NCBI GenBank assembly: GCA_044341565.1 | Contig: JBIIRM010000003.1 | Location: 45,187-109,186 of the forward strand | Direction of reading: 5' to 3' | Length of the DNA stretch: 64,000 nt | From: Minisyncoccia bacterium | GTDB taxonomy: Bacteria > Patescibacteriota > Minisyncoccia > SW-4-49-11 | Part shown: positions 1-9,203 of the stretch, one piece after another | How positions within the stretch are numbered: position 1 is the first letter of the stretch | Layout of the letters: each line of letters begins with the position of its first letter | Translations under genes and position numbers: made by a program | The notes under the pieces: model-generated | What the model saw: the letters and a program-made list of their open reading frames with translations, nothing else | Database searches by the model: none | Told to the model about the DNA's origin: nothing

Positions 1-2
1 AA

Positions 3-1067
3 GGTGGTCCAGGAACAGGTAAATCAGTTGTAGCTATCAATCTTCTTGTAGAATTAAATCGTCGAGGTAAAATGTCTCAATATGTTACTAAAACATCCGC
101 CCCTCGAGATGTTTATTTTGAAAAACTAAGAGGAGAGAAAAGGATGATTGAATTAAGGTCTTTATTTGTCGGTTCTGGTACTTTTATCAATGCTCCTGAG
201 AATATAATCAACACATTGATAATCGATGAGGCTCACCGTTTAACAGAGAAAACAGGTTTCTTAAAAAGGGGGGATAATCAAATTAAGGAAATTCTAAAAT
301 CTTCCTTGTCTTCAGTATTTTTTATTGATGAAGACCAACGGGTTTCTGTTGCTGACTATGGGGAAATAGGTGTCATAGAAGAGTTAGCTAAAGAGCTTGG
401 AATAACTGTTCATAAGCAGAAACTAGAATCTCAATTTAGATGTAATGGTTCAGATGGCTATTTAGCTTGGGTAGATAATATTCTTCAGATTAAAGAAACC
501 GCAAATTACGATTTAAGTTCTCTTGACTATGAGTTTGATTTTAAAGTATTTGATAATCCGCTAAAGCTACAAGAGGCTATTTACGAGAAAAATGAGATTA
601 ATAATAAAGCTCGTTTAGTAGCAGGTTATTGTTGGAAATGGGTTAGTAAAAACGATCCATCCGCATATGATTTTAAGGAAGAGGAATTTGGCTTCAATAT
701 GCGTTGGAATATGACGGATTATGGAGGTAAGTGGATAATAGACCCTAACTCAGTTTCTGAAATAGGCTGTATACACACAGCTCAAGGACTAGAGGTCGAT
801 TATGTAGGGGTTATTATTGGGAATGATTTAATCGTTAGGGATGGTGAAGTATTAGTCAATCCAAAAGAGAGAGATAGTGGCGATAGAACTATTTTTGGTT
901 GGAAAAAAGGAATTAAAGAAAACCCAGATTACTGGAATCCATTATTGAAAATGATAATAAAAAATACCTATAGAACTTTAATGACAAGAGGAATGAAAGG
1001 GTGCTATATCTATTGTACTGATCCAGAGACACAAGAATATTTTAGAAAATTATTAGAGAGAAAGTAA
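3..1067 (+). CDS. DUF2075 / Schlafen group 3-like DNA/RNA helicase domain protein (5'-truncated by window)
   Basis: Frame open from base 3 with Walker A GGPGTGKS; IIDEAHRL Walker B; SQFRCNGSDGY, GCIHTAQGLE and YRTLMTRG motifs. Confidence 0.85.
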   Translation, partial: GGPGTGKSVVAINLLVELNRRGKMSQYVTKTSAPRDVYFEKLRGEKRMIELRSLFVGSGTFINAPENIINTLIIDEAHRLTEKTGFLKRGDNQIKEILKSSLSSVFFIDEDQRVSVADYGEIGVIEELAKELGITVHKQKLESQFRCNGSDGYLAWVDNILQIKETANYDLSSLDYEFDFKVFDNPLKLQEAIYEKNEINNKARLVAGYCWKWVSKNDPSAYDFKEEEFGFNMRWNMTDYGGKWIIDPNSVSEIGCIHTAQGLEVDYVGVIIGNDLIVRDGEVLVNPKERDSGDRTIFGWKKGIKENPDYWNPLLKMIIKNTYRTLMTRGMKGCYIYCTDPETQEYFRKLLERK

Positions 1068-1188
1068 AAATATGAATGTGAAGGATGTAAATATAATCAA
1101 CCACATAAACATAAGGGGAAATATGCCAAAATTATGGATTGGGAAAAGGGGAAAGTTATTAGGTTTGTTGATCTCATAAAAAAATAAT

Positions 1189-3066
1189 ATAAAAATTAAA
1201 TCTCTCCAAATCTCAAATATACTTAGCTTCCCCCATGTCGAAAATATAGAAGTTGCTCCAAAAATCATCTTTGATAAAGATTTAAGTATTCTTATTGGTC
1301 AAAATGGTTCAGGAAAATCAACAGTCCTAGAAATAATAAACTTTATTTTTAGGAGAGTGATTTTTATTCCATATAACAGAAATACAGATTTATATACTAA
1401 AAGAAACACAATTAATTCTAATGAAAAGAAGCAAATATTATCACAAATACATAATATTTCATACTATCATGGTTTTCGTCTTGATAGGAATTACGATTTT
1501 GAAAATAATGAACAAAAAATACGAGTTGTTGTTGAGTTGGATAATATTGATTTAGATAATATTGCACATCTTAAAAATAATACAGACCAGTTATCACCAA
1601 TAATTGATATGTATTCGGCTGAGCAAATGTTTGGAGATGGGGTAATACAAGAGGAGTATCAATTAGATATTATCTTAAATAGTACAAATAAAACCTATAT
1701 CGTCGAAACTAATCAAGATATTGGATATACTTATTTAAGAGCATATAATCTATATAAAGAGATGATAGAAATATATAATGAAGAGAACTTTGATGCTCCA
1801 ATCAAAAATTTAGCTGAATCATTTTCATTGATTGGGGGATACAGGAATTATAATTCTTATGCTACTCATGTTTCTCTTGGTGCTGGAGAAACCTCAATAA
1901 AACAAATTCAGGAGATTAGGGTTTCTGAGTCTTCAAGGAGTGCAAATTCTGTAGAAAATACTGAGCCTTCCATTTTTAGTTTAGTTCGATTGAAAATGGC
2001 TGGTCAATGTTTTGACTTAATAGGTACTAATGCAAATCAGCAAGAATGTGAAGCTACTGCAAATAATATGGATTTTATAAGAAGTATCAATGATAAACTC
2101 AAAATTATTAATCTTAGAGTAGAAATTAAGCTTCTTGATTATTCACGCTGGAATTTTACTTTTTCTTTTGTTGATATCAAAAGAGGTAGAGATATTTCTG
2201 ATATAAATGTTTTGAGTGCTGGGCAAAAGGCAATTATTCATTTAATATTTGAGGCGTATGGACGAGGTTATTTACAAGGTGGGTTAGTGATTATCGATGA
2301 GCCTGAAATACATTTACATTATCAGTTTCAAAGTGAATATATTCGTGTGATAGAGAAATTAAACAGCGAACAGGATTGTCAGTACATCTTAGTTACGCAT
2401 TCTGAATCTCTCATAAATTCGGAGACTATAGATAATGTTGTACGCTTATCTCTGGATGAAAAGGGTTATACTAAAGTTAATCAACCAGTCATTAAAACTG
2501 ATCAAAAATGGCTTGTTAAGATTTTAGATAATATGCGTTCTACTCACGCATTTTTTGGAAGTAAGATTTTATTGGTAGAAGGAGAAACAGATCGTTATTT
2601 TTTCCGTGAGGTTCTAGGAGAGATAGAGGAGAAGTTAGGGAAAGGATTAATTCAAGATATAACTATATTATCTGTTGATAGTAAAAATAATTTTACAGAG
2701 TGGAAAAACTTATTCAGTACCTTTGGGCTAAAAGCTTTTTGTATTGGTGATTTAGATTATGCATTTATTTTTTATCCTAAGGAGAAACAAAGTAAGATTA
2801 AAAACTTAAAACAAGTTACCGAGTTTTTAAATGATCATCCAGACGTTATTTCAAAGATAGAAGGAGAGTATCAAAATGGAACATATATTTTAAAAGAGGG
2901 GGATTTAGAGATGTATTTAAATATTAAAAAAGATCTTAGTAACGTAATATATTTTTGTCAGAACAATCTCAAAACATATCTTGCAGATAGTAAAAACTCC
3001 AAAGTACAAGAATTGAAAAGAATTATGGCTTGTATTACGGGTGAGAATGAAGCTGATTTGTGGTGA
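1189..3066 (+). CDS. OLD-family ATP-dependent nuclease (ABC ATPase + TOPRIM); apparent ATA start
   Basis: Frame is open upstream of the called 1357 start and contains Walker A GQNGSGKS; LSAGQK signature, IIDEPEIHLH, VTHS, TOPRIM LVEGETD and GDLD. Confidence 0.8.
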   Translation: MKIKSLQISNILSFPHVENIEVAPKIIFDKDLSILIGQNGSGKSTVLEIINFIFRRVIFIPYNRNTDLYTKRNTINSNEKKQILSQIHNISYYHGFRLDRNYDFENNEQKIRVVVELDNIDLDNIAHLKNNTDQLSPIIDMYSAEQMFGDGVIQEEYQLDIILNSTNKTYIVETNQDIGYTYLRAYNLYKEMIEIYNEENFDAPIKNLAESFSLIGGYRNYNSYATHVSLGAGETSIKQIQEIRVSESSRSANSVENTEPSIFSLVRLKMAGQCFDLIGTNANQQECEATANNMDFIRSINDKLKIINLRVEIKLLDYSRWNFTFSFVDIKRGRDISDINVLSAGQKAIIHLIFEAYGRGYLQGGLVIIDEPEIHLHYQFQSEYIRVIEKLNSEQDCQYILVTHSESLINSETIDNVVRLSLDEKGYTKVNQPVIKTDQKWLVKILDNMRSTHAFFGSKILLVEGETDRYFFREVLGEIEEKLGKGLIQDITILSVDSKNNFTEWKNLFSTFGLKAFCIGDLDYAFIFYPKEKQSKIKNLKQVTEFLNDHPDVISKIEGEYQNGTYILKEGDLEMYLNIKKDLSNVIYFCQNNLKTYLADSKNSKVQELKRIMACITGENEADLW

Positions 3067-3118
3067 AGTATGGAATCGCCTTATATAGATGCTATAATAA
3101 ATCTATAAACAATAATCT

Positions 3119-3358
3119 ATGAAACTCTTTCGTTATCGTAAACCATCTCTCAAAACATTACTTGGAGTGACAAAGCTGAAGCGTAGGATAAAGAAGGCTA
3201 CGGGAATTTCTGCTATTCAATCTCTCAGTCCTTCTCGAGTTAAGCAAAAAATAAAATACAATATAGGGTATAATAAACCTATTTTTAAACATACCAGAGA
3301 ACTGAGCAAGGGCAAAGTCCCAAGTTTATTCGGCTGGTTTTCAAAATTATTTAAGTAA
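3119..3358 (+). CDS. small basic hypothetical protein
   Basis: 79 aa K/R-rich ORF behind a TGCTATAAT extended -10. Confidence 0.7.
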   Translation: MKLFRYRKPSLKTLLGVTKLKRRIKKATGISAIQSLSPSRVKQKIKYNIGYNKPIFKHTRELSKGKVPSLFGWFSKLFK

Positions 3359-3456
3359 TAAAAAAAATCCCCCGGCTAGGCGGGGGTGGGGGAGATGTTG
3401 ATTGACTTCAGATTTCCCCTGTGAGTTGCAGCACGAGAATGCGCTGCTTCTCCCGC

Positions 3457-3630
3457 TCAGGGGGGGAGAGGATGTTTTTGTCCTTCATGAACAAAGAATC
3501 CGTCCTCTATTCCTTCTTGGAGCAAGCTGTCTGCCAACTTCTGCTGGCTGAATGTGAGTCGACTGAGGTTGGGCTTCTGGTTTGCCAAACGGCGGAGAGC
3601 ATCTTGCATCCCCGAAGAATAAACACCCAT
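3457..3630 (-). CDS. islet hypothetical protein (MGVYSSG...), possibly frameshifted at a C7 tract
   Basis: ATG at 3630 follows TTGACA(3683-3678)-17-TATGTT; terminator at 3361-3386. Confidence 0.55.
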   Translation of the reverse strand: MGVYSSGMQDALRRLANQKPNLSRLTFSQQKLADSLLQEGIEDGFFVHEGQKHPLPP

Positions 3631-3782
3631 GATGCAGTTGCAATTTGCTAAGACAACATAGCATATTTTATCAATTTTGTCAATAGGTAATAACTGAAAA
3701 TTCCTTATATCAAAAAGCAAAATCCAATTAAATTCACTCAAAGCCTGGTTAAGCGGCTGACCGCAAGACTATTTTCGAGCAA

Positions 3783-4184
3783 ATGCTCCTCGCTACAGGG
3801 AAGTATACCGTTCTAAAAGGGGGGTATGAGCATACTATGCCCTTGGTTGCTCAGATTTCTCGGGAGTTAGAAGAGGATAAGGTTCTGGAAGGAGTAAGAA
3901 AATCTCCTGATTTTATCCTTATTAATAAAAAGCATCCACATGTTGATTTTATTGAAGTAAAATATCATAAAGATAGAAACTCGACTTATATTCTGGAAGA
4001 TACTCAGGAAATTCACGCATTCTGGCCGCATGCAAAATTATTTGTTGCAACACGAGAAGGATTCTTCCTGGATACCTGTTCTGACATTATTAAATATCAC
4101 AATATTCAGCCCTTCTCAGACCATATTGTGTCATCAGAGCTACAAGAAGATTATCTAAAGATTTTGAAGAAGTTTTTGAGGTAA
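3783..4184 (+). CDS. PD-(D/E)xK nuclease-like protein, 5' end possibly degraded
   Basis: SPDFILI...FIEVKY motif; plausible N-terminal coding sequence lies in another frame at 3709-3765. Confidence 0.55.
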   Translation: MLLATGKYTVLKGGYEHTMPLVAQISRELEEDKVLEGVRKSPDFILINKKHPHVDFIEVKYHKDRNSTYILEDTQEIHAFWPHAKLFVATREGFFLDTCSDIIKYHNIQPFSDHIVSSELQEDYLKILKKFLR

Positions 4185-4265
4185 GAAAAAGCAAGTAATA
4201 AAAACGTTGAGTTCAAGTAATATCAGAAGAAGTATGATAGTATATAAGATAGAATATTATATACT

Positions 4266-5192
4266 ATGAGTGAGGATATTATTGATACTAAAAAATTAGA
4301 GAGGCTAAAGGCTCGGGTGAGTACTATTGGAAATCTGATAGGTATTGTTGGGTGGTTGAGTGTGCTGGTGATGACTCCGATATATGTATATTTGGGGTAT
4401 AAAGACAATATATTTACTGGTTTTGTTGGGATTACGGATATTGTATTAAGTATTTTATTGTCCAGTGTTTTTATTATTCTTGGAGCTCGTATTCGAGATG
4501 GGGTGGATATGAATATCAAGAAGTATGTGCAGGTCCTGATAACTATATTGATCTGTATATTAATATTATATTGGTTGGCTGAGAGTTTAGGAGGTGTCAT
4601 TATGTGGCTGGGTATAGGCTTACTTGTGTTTTTGATATGTTCTTGGTTTATAGTTGGTAATATAGTTAAGAAAAAAGAATTTGCAAAAACTCTTTCTAAA
4701 CCTGTATATAAGTATTTTGATAAGAAGGGTTGGATTATATTTGTGTTATCTAGTGTGATTTTGATGACCGGGGCTGTGTTTATTGATCTGACATTAGATG
4801 ATGAGATGTATTGGGACTCATTGTCAGAAGAGGAGTATAGTGAAGAGACAGATAATAAGCTTGCTGCTATGGTGGCGATATTAAATGATAGACCTTTTCC
4901 GAGTAAATTGAGTGATAACATTACTCTGTTAGGAATTAAGGAGCAGCAATCTGGTTCTATTCAATATACATATGAAATACAAAATATAGATTCGAGTCAA
5001 TTATCTACGGAATTCCTTAAGGATTTAATGGTTCAAGAGTACTGTAGTAGTGAATTTTTTAATTATATTCTAGACCAAGAGATAGATATTGCGCATTCAT
5101 TTACAACGGAGAAAGGTGAGAATTATTTTGTTACTCTTGATTTTAGTAGTTGTAAATCTTCTTCATCTAATCTTCTATACAAATCCATATAA
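4266..5192 (+). CDS. multi-pass membrane protein with soluble C-terminal domain
   Basis: About 5 hydrophobic segments followed by an acidic domain. Confidence 0.7.
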   Translation: MSEDIIDTKKLERLKARVSTIGNLIGIVGWLSVLVMTPIYVYLGYKDNIFTGFVGITDIVLSILLSSVFIILGARIRDGVDMNIKKYVQVLITILICILILYWLAESLGGVIMWLGIGLLVFLICSWFIVGNIVKKKEFAKTLSKPVYKYFDKKGWIIFVLSSVILMTGAVFIDLTLDDEMYWDSLSEEEYSEETDNKLAAMVAILNDRPFPSKLSDNITLLGIKEQQSGSIQYTYEIQNIDSSQLSTEFLKDLMVQEYCSSEFFNYILDQEIDIAHSFTTEKGENYFVTLDFSSCKSSSSNLLYKSI

Positions 5193-5203
5193 ATTGGTAT
5201 AAT

Positions 5204-5647
5204 ATGGGATATATGAATGCTGAGATGGCTATACAAATTAATCAATGGATAGATAGATTTCATAATCCTAGTTATTGGATTATATTTTGGGTTATTGCCT
5301 TGTATATCCTATTAGAATATACGATTTTACCCACAAAGAAAATCCTATTGAATACGGTATATAGTCGTATAGTCTTATATACTAAATTTGGTCTTCTCCT
5401 CTTTACCTTTTCTATTGCCTTATCTCAAAGTGTATTGGGTGGTTGTGCTATTCAGTTAATTCAGAATTATCTGGCGGTCAATTATCTAGACAGAGAATAT
5501 TGGTATCCTTTTGGTTTGGTATTCCGTGAGCAATTAGCTCCTCAATTTTGGATTTGGCTCAGATTATTATATGGGGTGCTTACTATAGGATATGGATTCT
5601 GGATTTATCGGTATTATCGTTTTGTGAAAGGAAAGGTGGGGGAGTAG
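5204..5647 (+). CDS. small membrane protein
   Basis: 3 hydrophobic segments, host-like codon usage. Confidence 0.65.
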   Translation: MGYMNAEMAIQINQWIDRFHNPSYWIIFWVIALYILLEYTILPTKKILLNTVYSRIVLYTKFGLLLFTFSIALSQSVLGGCAIQLIQNYLAVNYLDREYWYPFGLVFREQLAPQFWIWLRLLYGVLTIGYGFWIYRYYRFVKGKVGE

Positions 5648-5653
5648 AAAACT

Positions 5654-5700
5654 GTCCACACCCACCACTGACGTGGTCCCCCCTCGCCAGCGAGGGGCAA
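5654..5700 (+). repeat. dispersed palindromic repeat family A, copy 1
   Basis: TCCACACCCACCACT..GTGGTCCCCCCTCGCCAGCGAGGG; near-identical at 12888 and inverted at 62289. Confidence 0.9.
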
Positions 5701-5736
5701 AGATGGGTGTCGTATATATTAAACTACTGACAATCT

Positions 5737-5765
5737 TTGACAAAAGATACTGTTTTTGATACTAT
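5737..5765 (+). promoter_or_regulatory. sigma70 promoter of islet
   Basis: TTGACA-17-TACTAT with TG extension. Confidence 0.75.
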
Positions 5766-5791
5766 TAGCTAGACCTTAAAAGGTGTACTTT

Positions 5792-6391
5792 ATGATTCGT
5801 CCTCTTGCAGCCCTTGGTGCTGCAATGCTTCTCACTACTGCTTGTGCCTCGGCTCCAACCAAGATATCTGCAGCGCCTGTTCAAACGCCTTCTTTTCTGA
5901 GGGCTGTGGGGACGGGTGAGAGCAATCGCTTCGGCAATCCTCTTATTCGAGTGGAGATGTACGCTGAGGGTCAGCTTCAAGGCTCTGTATTGGCTGTTTC
6001 TGGAAGAGCTCACACTCAAAACAGGAATAGGCATATTGCAGGGACAGAGGCTCCTTTGCCAGATGGTCTCTATACGGTGGATAATCAGGTTTATCCTTCC
6101 ACCAATCCACAGACTGCTGGTCAATTCCTCCCGATTTGGCCACAATTCCCAACTGGGCGTACTGAGCTTGGATTCCATCTGGATCCTAGCTACAATATTG
6201 ACCCAAAAGAGGATGGTACTCAAGGCTGTATTGGTTTCACCACTGCAGCAGATAGAGCCAAGCTATTCGGTTGGATTTCTAAGCATAAACCACGCTATCT
6301 CGAGGTGAATCTCTCATGGAAAATTCCTCCCGCCAAGTCGCTATCGGCCTTGGGGCTTTTGCCCTCTCGCTGGCATCAGTACCGGCATTGA
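5792..6391 (+). CDS. L,D-transpeptidase-like (YkuD/Tlde1-type) lipoprotein
   Basis: Lipobox LLTTAC; VSGR...APLPDG and GFHLDP...GTQGCIG His/Cys motif. Confidence 0.7.
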   Translation: MIRPLAALGAAMLLTTACASAPTKISAAPVQTPSFLRAVGTGESNRFGNPLIRVEMYAEGQLQGSVLAVSGRAHTQNRNRHIAGTEAPLPDGLYTVDNQVYPSTNPQTAGQFLPIWPQFPTGRTELGFHLDPSYNIDPKEDGTQGCIGFTTAADRAKLFGWISKHKPRYLEVNLSWKIPPAKSLSALGLLPSRWHQYRH

Positions 6392-6633
6392 GTCAAGTTG
6401 GTCCAGGTTATGTTCCGGTGATTCGGGCTTATGTCTGCGTCTGGGATGCATCTACCACACTCAATCTCCGCGCCGGCCCTAGCCGAGCTACCAGAGCAAT
6501 TGGGAGTCTCTGGCATGGTACTCCTGTTCAAATCATCAATCGCTTTGTGGCGAGCGATGGAATGTACTGGAATTTCGTCCGGGTCAATGGTGGCTCTGGT
6601 TATGTGCGTGATGATTATGTCTGTATCGGCTGA
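6316..6633 (+). CDS. secreted bacterial SH3-domain protein
   Basis: Signal peptide; LNLRAGPS...G..V...W..V...GYVRDDYVC. Confidence 0.8.
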   Translation: MENSSRQVAIGLGAFALSLASVPALSQVGPGYVPVIRAYVCVWDASTTLNLRAGPSRATRAIGSLWHGTPVQIINRFVASDGMYWNFVRVNGGSGYVRDDYVCIG

Positions 6634-6661
6634 GGATTCTCCTTTTGCTACCGATTACAAT

Positions 6662-6695
6662 ATCTCCCTGCCTTGCGTAGGGAGATTTTTATTTT
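6662..6695 (+). terminator. intrinsic terminator
   Basis: ATCTCCCTGC/GTAGGGAGAT hairpin plus T-run. Confidence 0.8.
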
Positions 6696-6713
6696 GTAAG
6701 AAAAACTCCCCCC

Positions 6714-7031
6714 TCAAAGAGGGGGGAGAGAGAAAGCTTGGGGTTGAGATTTGTTGCAGGAGACTTGTCCTCCATCAAGGAGTCCAAGTACTAGACCTGT
6801 AGCTTTTGTATCGGGGTATTTCTTCAAATACCAAGAGGGAATTTTATTTCCCTCAAAAACCGCTGTGACCTCTACAGTTCCCCCTGTGGGGGTGTTGTAT
6901 TGGCAGTATCTTTGTTGCTCCCACTCAACGCGTGAGGAGCGAGTACCCACCCATGCATTGGGTGTGGCTGTGGCGGGGGAAGAAAAGGCTACAATGAGCA
7001 AAAGAGCCTTGAAAATGTGAGAAATGGACAT
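6714..7031 (-). CDS. islet secreted hypothetical protein
   Basis: Signal peptide (..FSSPATA); promoter TTTACA(7087-7082)-17-TATATT; terminator at 6701-6728. Confidence 0.7.
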   Translation of the reverse strand: MSISHIFKALLLIVAFSSPATATPNAWVGTRSSRVEWEQQRYCQYNTPTGGTVEVTAVFEGNKIPSWYLKKYPDTKATGLVLGLLDGGQVSCNKSQPQAFSLPPL

Positions 7032-7101
7032 AATGTCAAAAATTGACGGTTCTGCTGGAATATAGCATATTTTAGCTATTTTGTAAAGGGGTTATAACAT
7101 A

Positions 7102-7260
7102 AAAGAAAAAGCCCCCCTCGTCGTAAATGGGATTTACTCCTGGGAAACCTCTCGGTGTTCCAACCTTCCTCCACGGGAAAACTCCCGTTTCCCCGACCCC
7201 TTTCCCAGACTATCTTGAGGTGGAATTTTTATACCGTTTAGAAATAACTGAGAATTGATA
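7102..7260 (-). ncRNA. duplicated structured element / candidate ncRNA, copy 1
   Basis: 10 mismatches over 126 aligned nt versus 8752-8877, plus a 33-nt hairpin-containing insert; GAGA tetraloop; U-tail. Confidence 0.6.
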
Positions 7261-7305
7261 AAAAAAACCACCTCAGGATAGAGGTGGATATTGTGGGGAG
7301 GTGAG

Positions 7306-7602
7306 TTAAGGAGGGTCTGAATGAGTGAGAATGTCTTCCCAGATTTGTCGCTCCCCATCATCGGTTGGGATTGAATCCCAATAACCGACTATTGGATCAA
7401 GAATCCAAGTTTCTCCCTCAAAATCCTTGGAAATCCAAGTATTATCAGATCCAGGTCGTATCATGGCATCATGATCGAGTGGAGAGAGAAGACGTCTTAC
7501 GTCTTCCCCGAGAATATATAATTCCCTTACCACCACATAGGGGTGAGGGCTTGTTCTAAGTGCCATGATAAGGACGTCGAGAGCGGTCTGAGGGGTGTTC
7601 AT
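7306..7602 (-). CDS. islet hypothetical protein
   Basis: TTGACA(7654-7649)-17-TGTAAT upstream; terminator at 7261-7287. Confidence 0.7.
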   Translation of the reverse strand: MNTPQTALDVLIMALRTSPHPYVVVRELYILGEDVRRLLSPLDHDAMIRPGSDNTWISKDFEGETWILDPIVGYWDSIPTDDGERQIWEDILTHSDPP

Positions 7603-7702
7603 AAAAAAGGTTCAATACATGTTATATTACAGCATAAATATGGTAATTTGTCAATGTCTATTGATATTATGATATACTAAAATAATAAATTAATATTGCA
7701 TT

Positions 7703-7981
7703 ATGGGACATATATCGAATACAGAATTACAGGCTAAAATTGATGCATTATCTTCAGAAATTATTGTGGGCGGTCAATATGTGCATTGGCGTAATCCTGA
7801 CAGTGTCTATGAGATTATCTCTCTAGCTTTATCTGAGTGGGATGAAGAGGTGGTGGTAGTGTATCGTAATCTTGATTCTGGTATTACTTGGGTTCGGCGA
7901 GTATATGGGGAAGATGGTTGGCTTACTGAGGTAACAAAAGATGATGGCTCAGTGGGGAGGAGATTTATTTTGGTAGAATAG
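7703..7981 (+). CDS. DUF1653-family protein
   Basis: GGQYVHW...YEII.LA...EEVVVVYRNL...WVR pattern. Confidence 0.75.
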   Translation: MGHISNTELQAKIDALSSEIIVGGQYVHWRNPDSVYEIISLALSEWDEEVVVVYRNLDSGITWVRRVYGEDGWLTEVTKDDGSVGRRFILVE

Positions 7982-8024
7982 TCCACCCCGTTCAGCAAAG
8001 CTGCCCACCCCTCAAGAGGGGAAT
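7982..8024 (+). repeat. dispersed palindromic repeat family B, copy 1
   Basis: TCCACCCCGT..hairpin..CCACCCCTCAAGAGGGGAAT; copies at 62410 and inverted at 62541. Confidence 0.85.
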
Positions 8025-8071
8025 GTTTTGGGATAAAGAAAAAAGCCCCGGCGCTTGCTGGGGCTTTTATA

Positions 8072-8689
8072 TTATTGGAATAATCGATATATGTCCTCAA
8101 AATTATCAAGTATTTGATGTTCTGGTAATACTTGCGAGAGTAAGGGGTGATTATGTGTTCCCCAAGCACATCCTATTACTATGTCAACCATATCTTGTAC
8201 TTCGATGACATCAGATATGGTGTCGGTAAAGTATATGGTATCTTTGGGATTAACACCCCAATCCTTACATACGATTGCTATCTTTTCTTCTTTGGAATGA
8301 TGATCTTCGAATCCTAGAATATGGCTTGGATTGAGTTTAGTGGTATTGAGGGCTGGTATGAGATATTCATTGGTACCACTAGATACTACAGCTTTATTGG
8401 GTATATCTAACTCTACCAAGATAGCGATGAAATTATTGAATAGGGGAACGGGGAGTAGCCCTGCTCCTTTTGCAAATTCCATAAAGTCAGCTAGCCATTT
8501 AGCTTTGGTATCTAAATATTCTTGTGTGGGATTATCTCGATGACTATGTGTGGTATTGAAGAAATACCCCTGATGCCTTTGGAGAGCTTCTTCATATTGG
8601 AGATCAGGATCTCCTTGTTGATGAAAGCGGGCGAATAAATCATCAGTATCCCCGAGCACGCCGTCAAAGTCAAAGATAATGTTGTTCAT
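8072..8689 (-). CDS. HAD-family hydrolase
   Basis: FDFDGVLGDT motif I, VVSS, FTDTISD. Confidence 0.85.
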   Translation of the reverse strand: MNNIIFDFDGVLGDTDDLFARFHQQGDPDLQYEEALQRHQGYFFNTTHSHRDNPTQEYLDTKAKWLADFMEFAKGAGLLPVPLFNNFIAILVELDIPNKAVVSSGTNEYLIPALNTTKLNPSHILGFEDHHSKEEKIAIVCKDWGVNPKDTIYFTDTISDVIEVQDMVDIVIGCAWGTHNHPLLSQVLPEHQILDNFEDIYRLFQ

Positions 8690-8751
8690 GGATAATTAGG
8701 TACAAATGCTTTACTATAATAGTCAATAATTAAATTCATGTCAATTAAATG

Positions 8752-8877
8752 AAAGAAAAAGCCCGCCTCGTCGTAAATGGGATTTACTCCTGGGAAACCT
8801 TTCGGTGTCCCAACCCCTTTTCCAGACTCTCTTGAGGTGAAGTTTTTATACAGGTTAGAAATAACTAAGAATTGATA
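8752..8877 (-). ncRNA. duplicated structured element / candidate ncRNA, copy 2
   Basis: Paralog of 7102-7260; GGGACACC-GAAA-GGTTTCCC hairpin; U-tail. Confidence 0.6.
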
Positions 8878-8892
8878 AGAAAAAAACCCGTC

Positions 8893-9105
8893 TCAGAGAG
8901 GCGGGAGGGGGGTGAGGGGTTTAAGGGGCTGATGATTCCCTTGAATGCGCTCCCAGGAGGTTTGCTTGGGATTCCAGCCCCAGACTTTTAATCCGGAGCC
9001 ATCATTGTGCCAGACGATTGGCACGACATCTCCCCAAGTAATATCTTGGGGTAGTTTTTGCTGTTGTACTCTCAATATCATGAGAGCCAAATTGGGGAAG
9101 GTCAT
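8893..9105 (-). CDS. islet hypothetical protein
   Basis: Perfect TTGACA(9159-9154)-17-TATAAT(9136-9131); terminator at 8881-8905. Confidence 0.7.
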   Translation of the reverse strand: MTFPNLALMILRVQQQKLPQDITWGDVVPIVWHNDGSGLKVWGWNPKQTSWERIQGNHQPLKPLTPLPPL

Positions 9106-9203
9106 GGAAAAATATCAAGATAGTAGGGTAATTATACAATAATTACTCACTTTTGTCAATAATTAGAGACAAAAGAAAAATCCTCAATCTTATGACTGAG
9201 GAT

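Noticed and set aside
4223-4921. 232-aa antisense ORF and similar shadow ORFs (5765-6223, 12381-12794, 49890-50297 etc.)
   Set aside because: They overlap better-supported genes and lack motifs and expression signals
7102-8877. CRISPR array or integron attC sites
   Set aside because: Only two long copies, no spacer periodicity, no cas/intI, and no common attC core across islets
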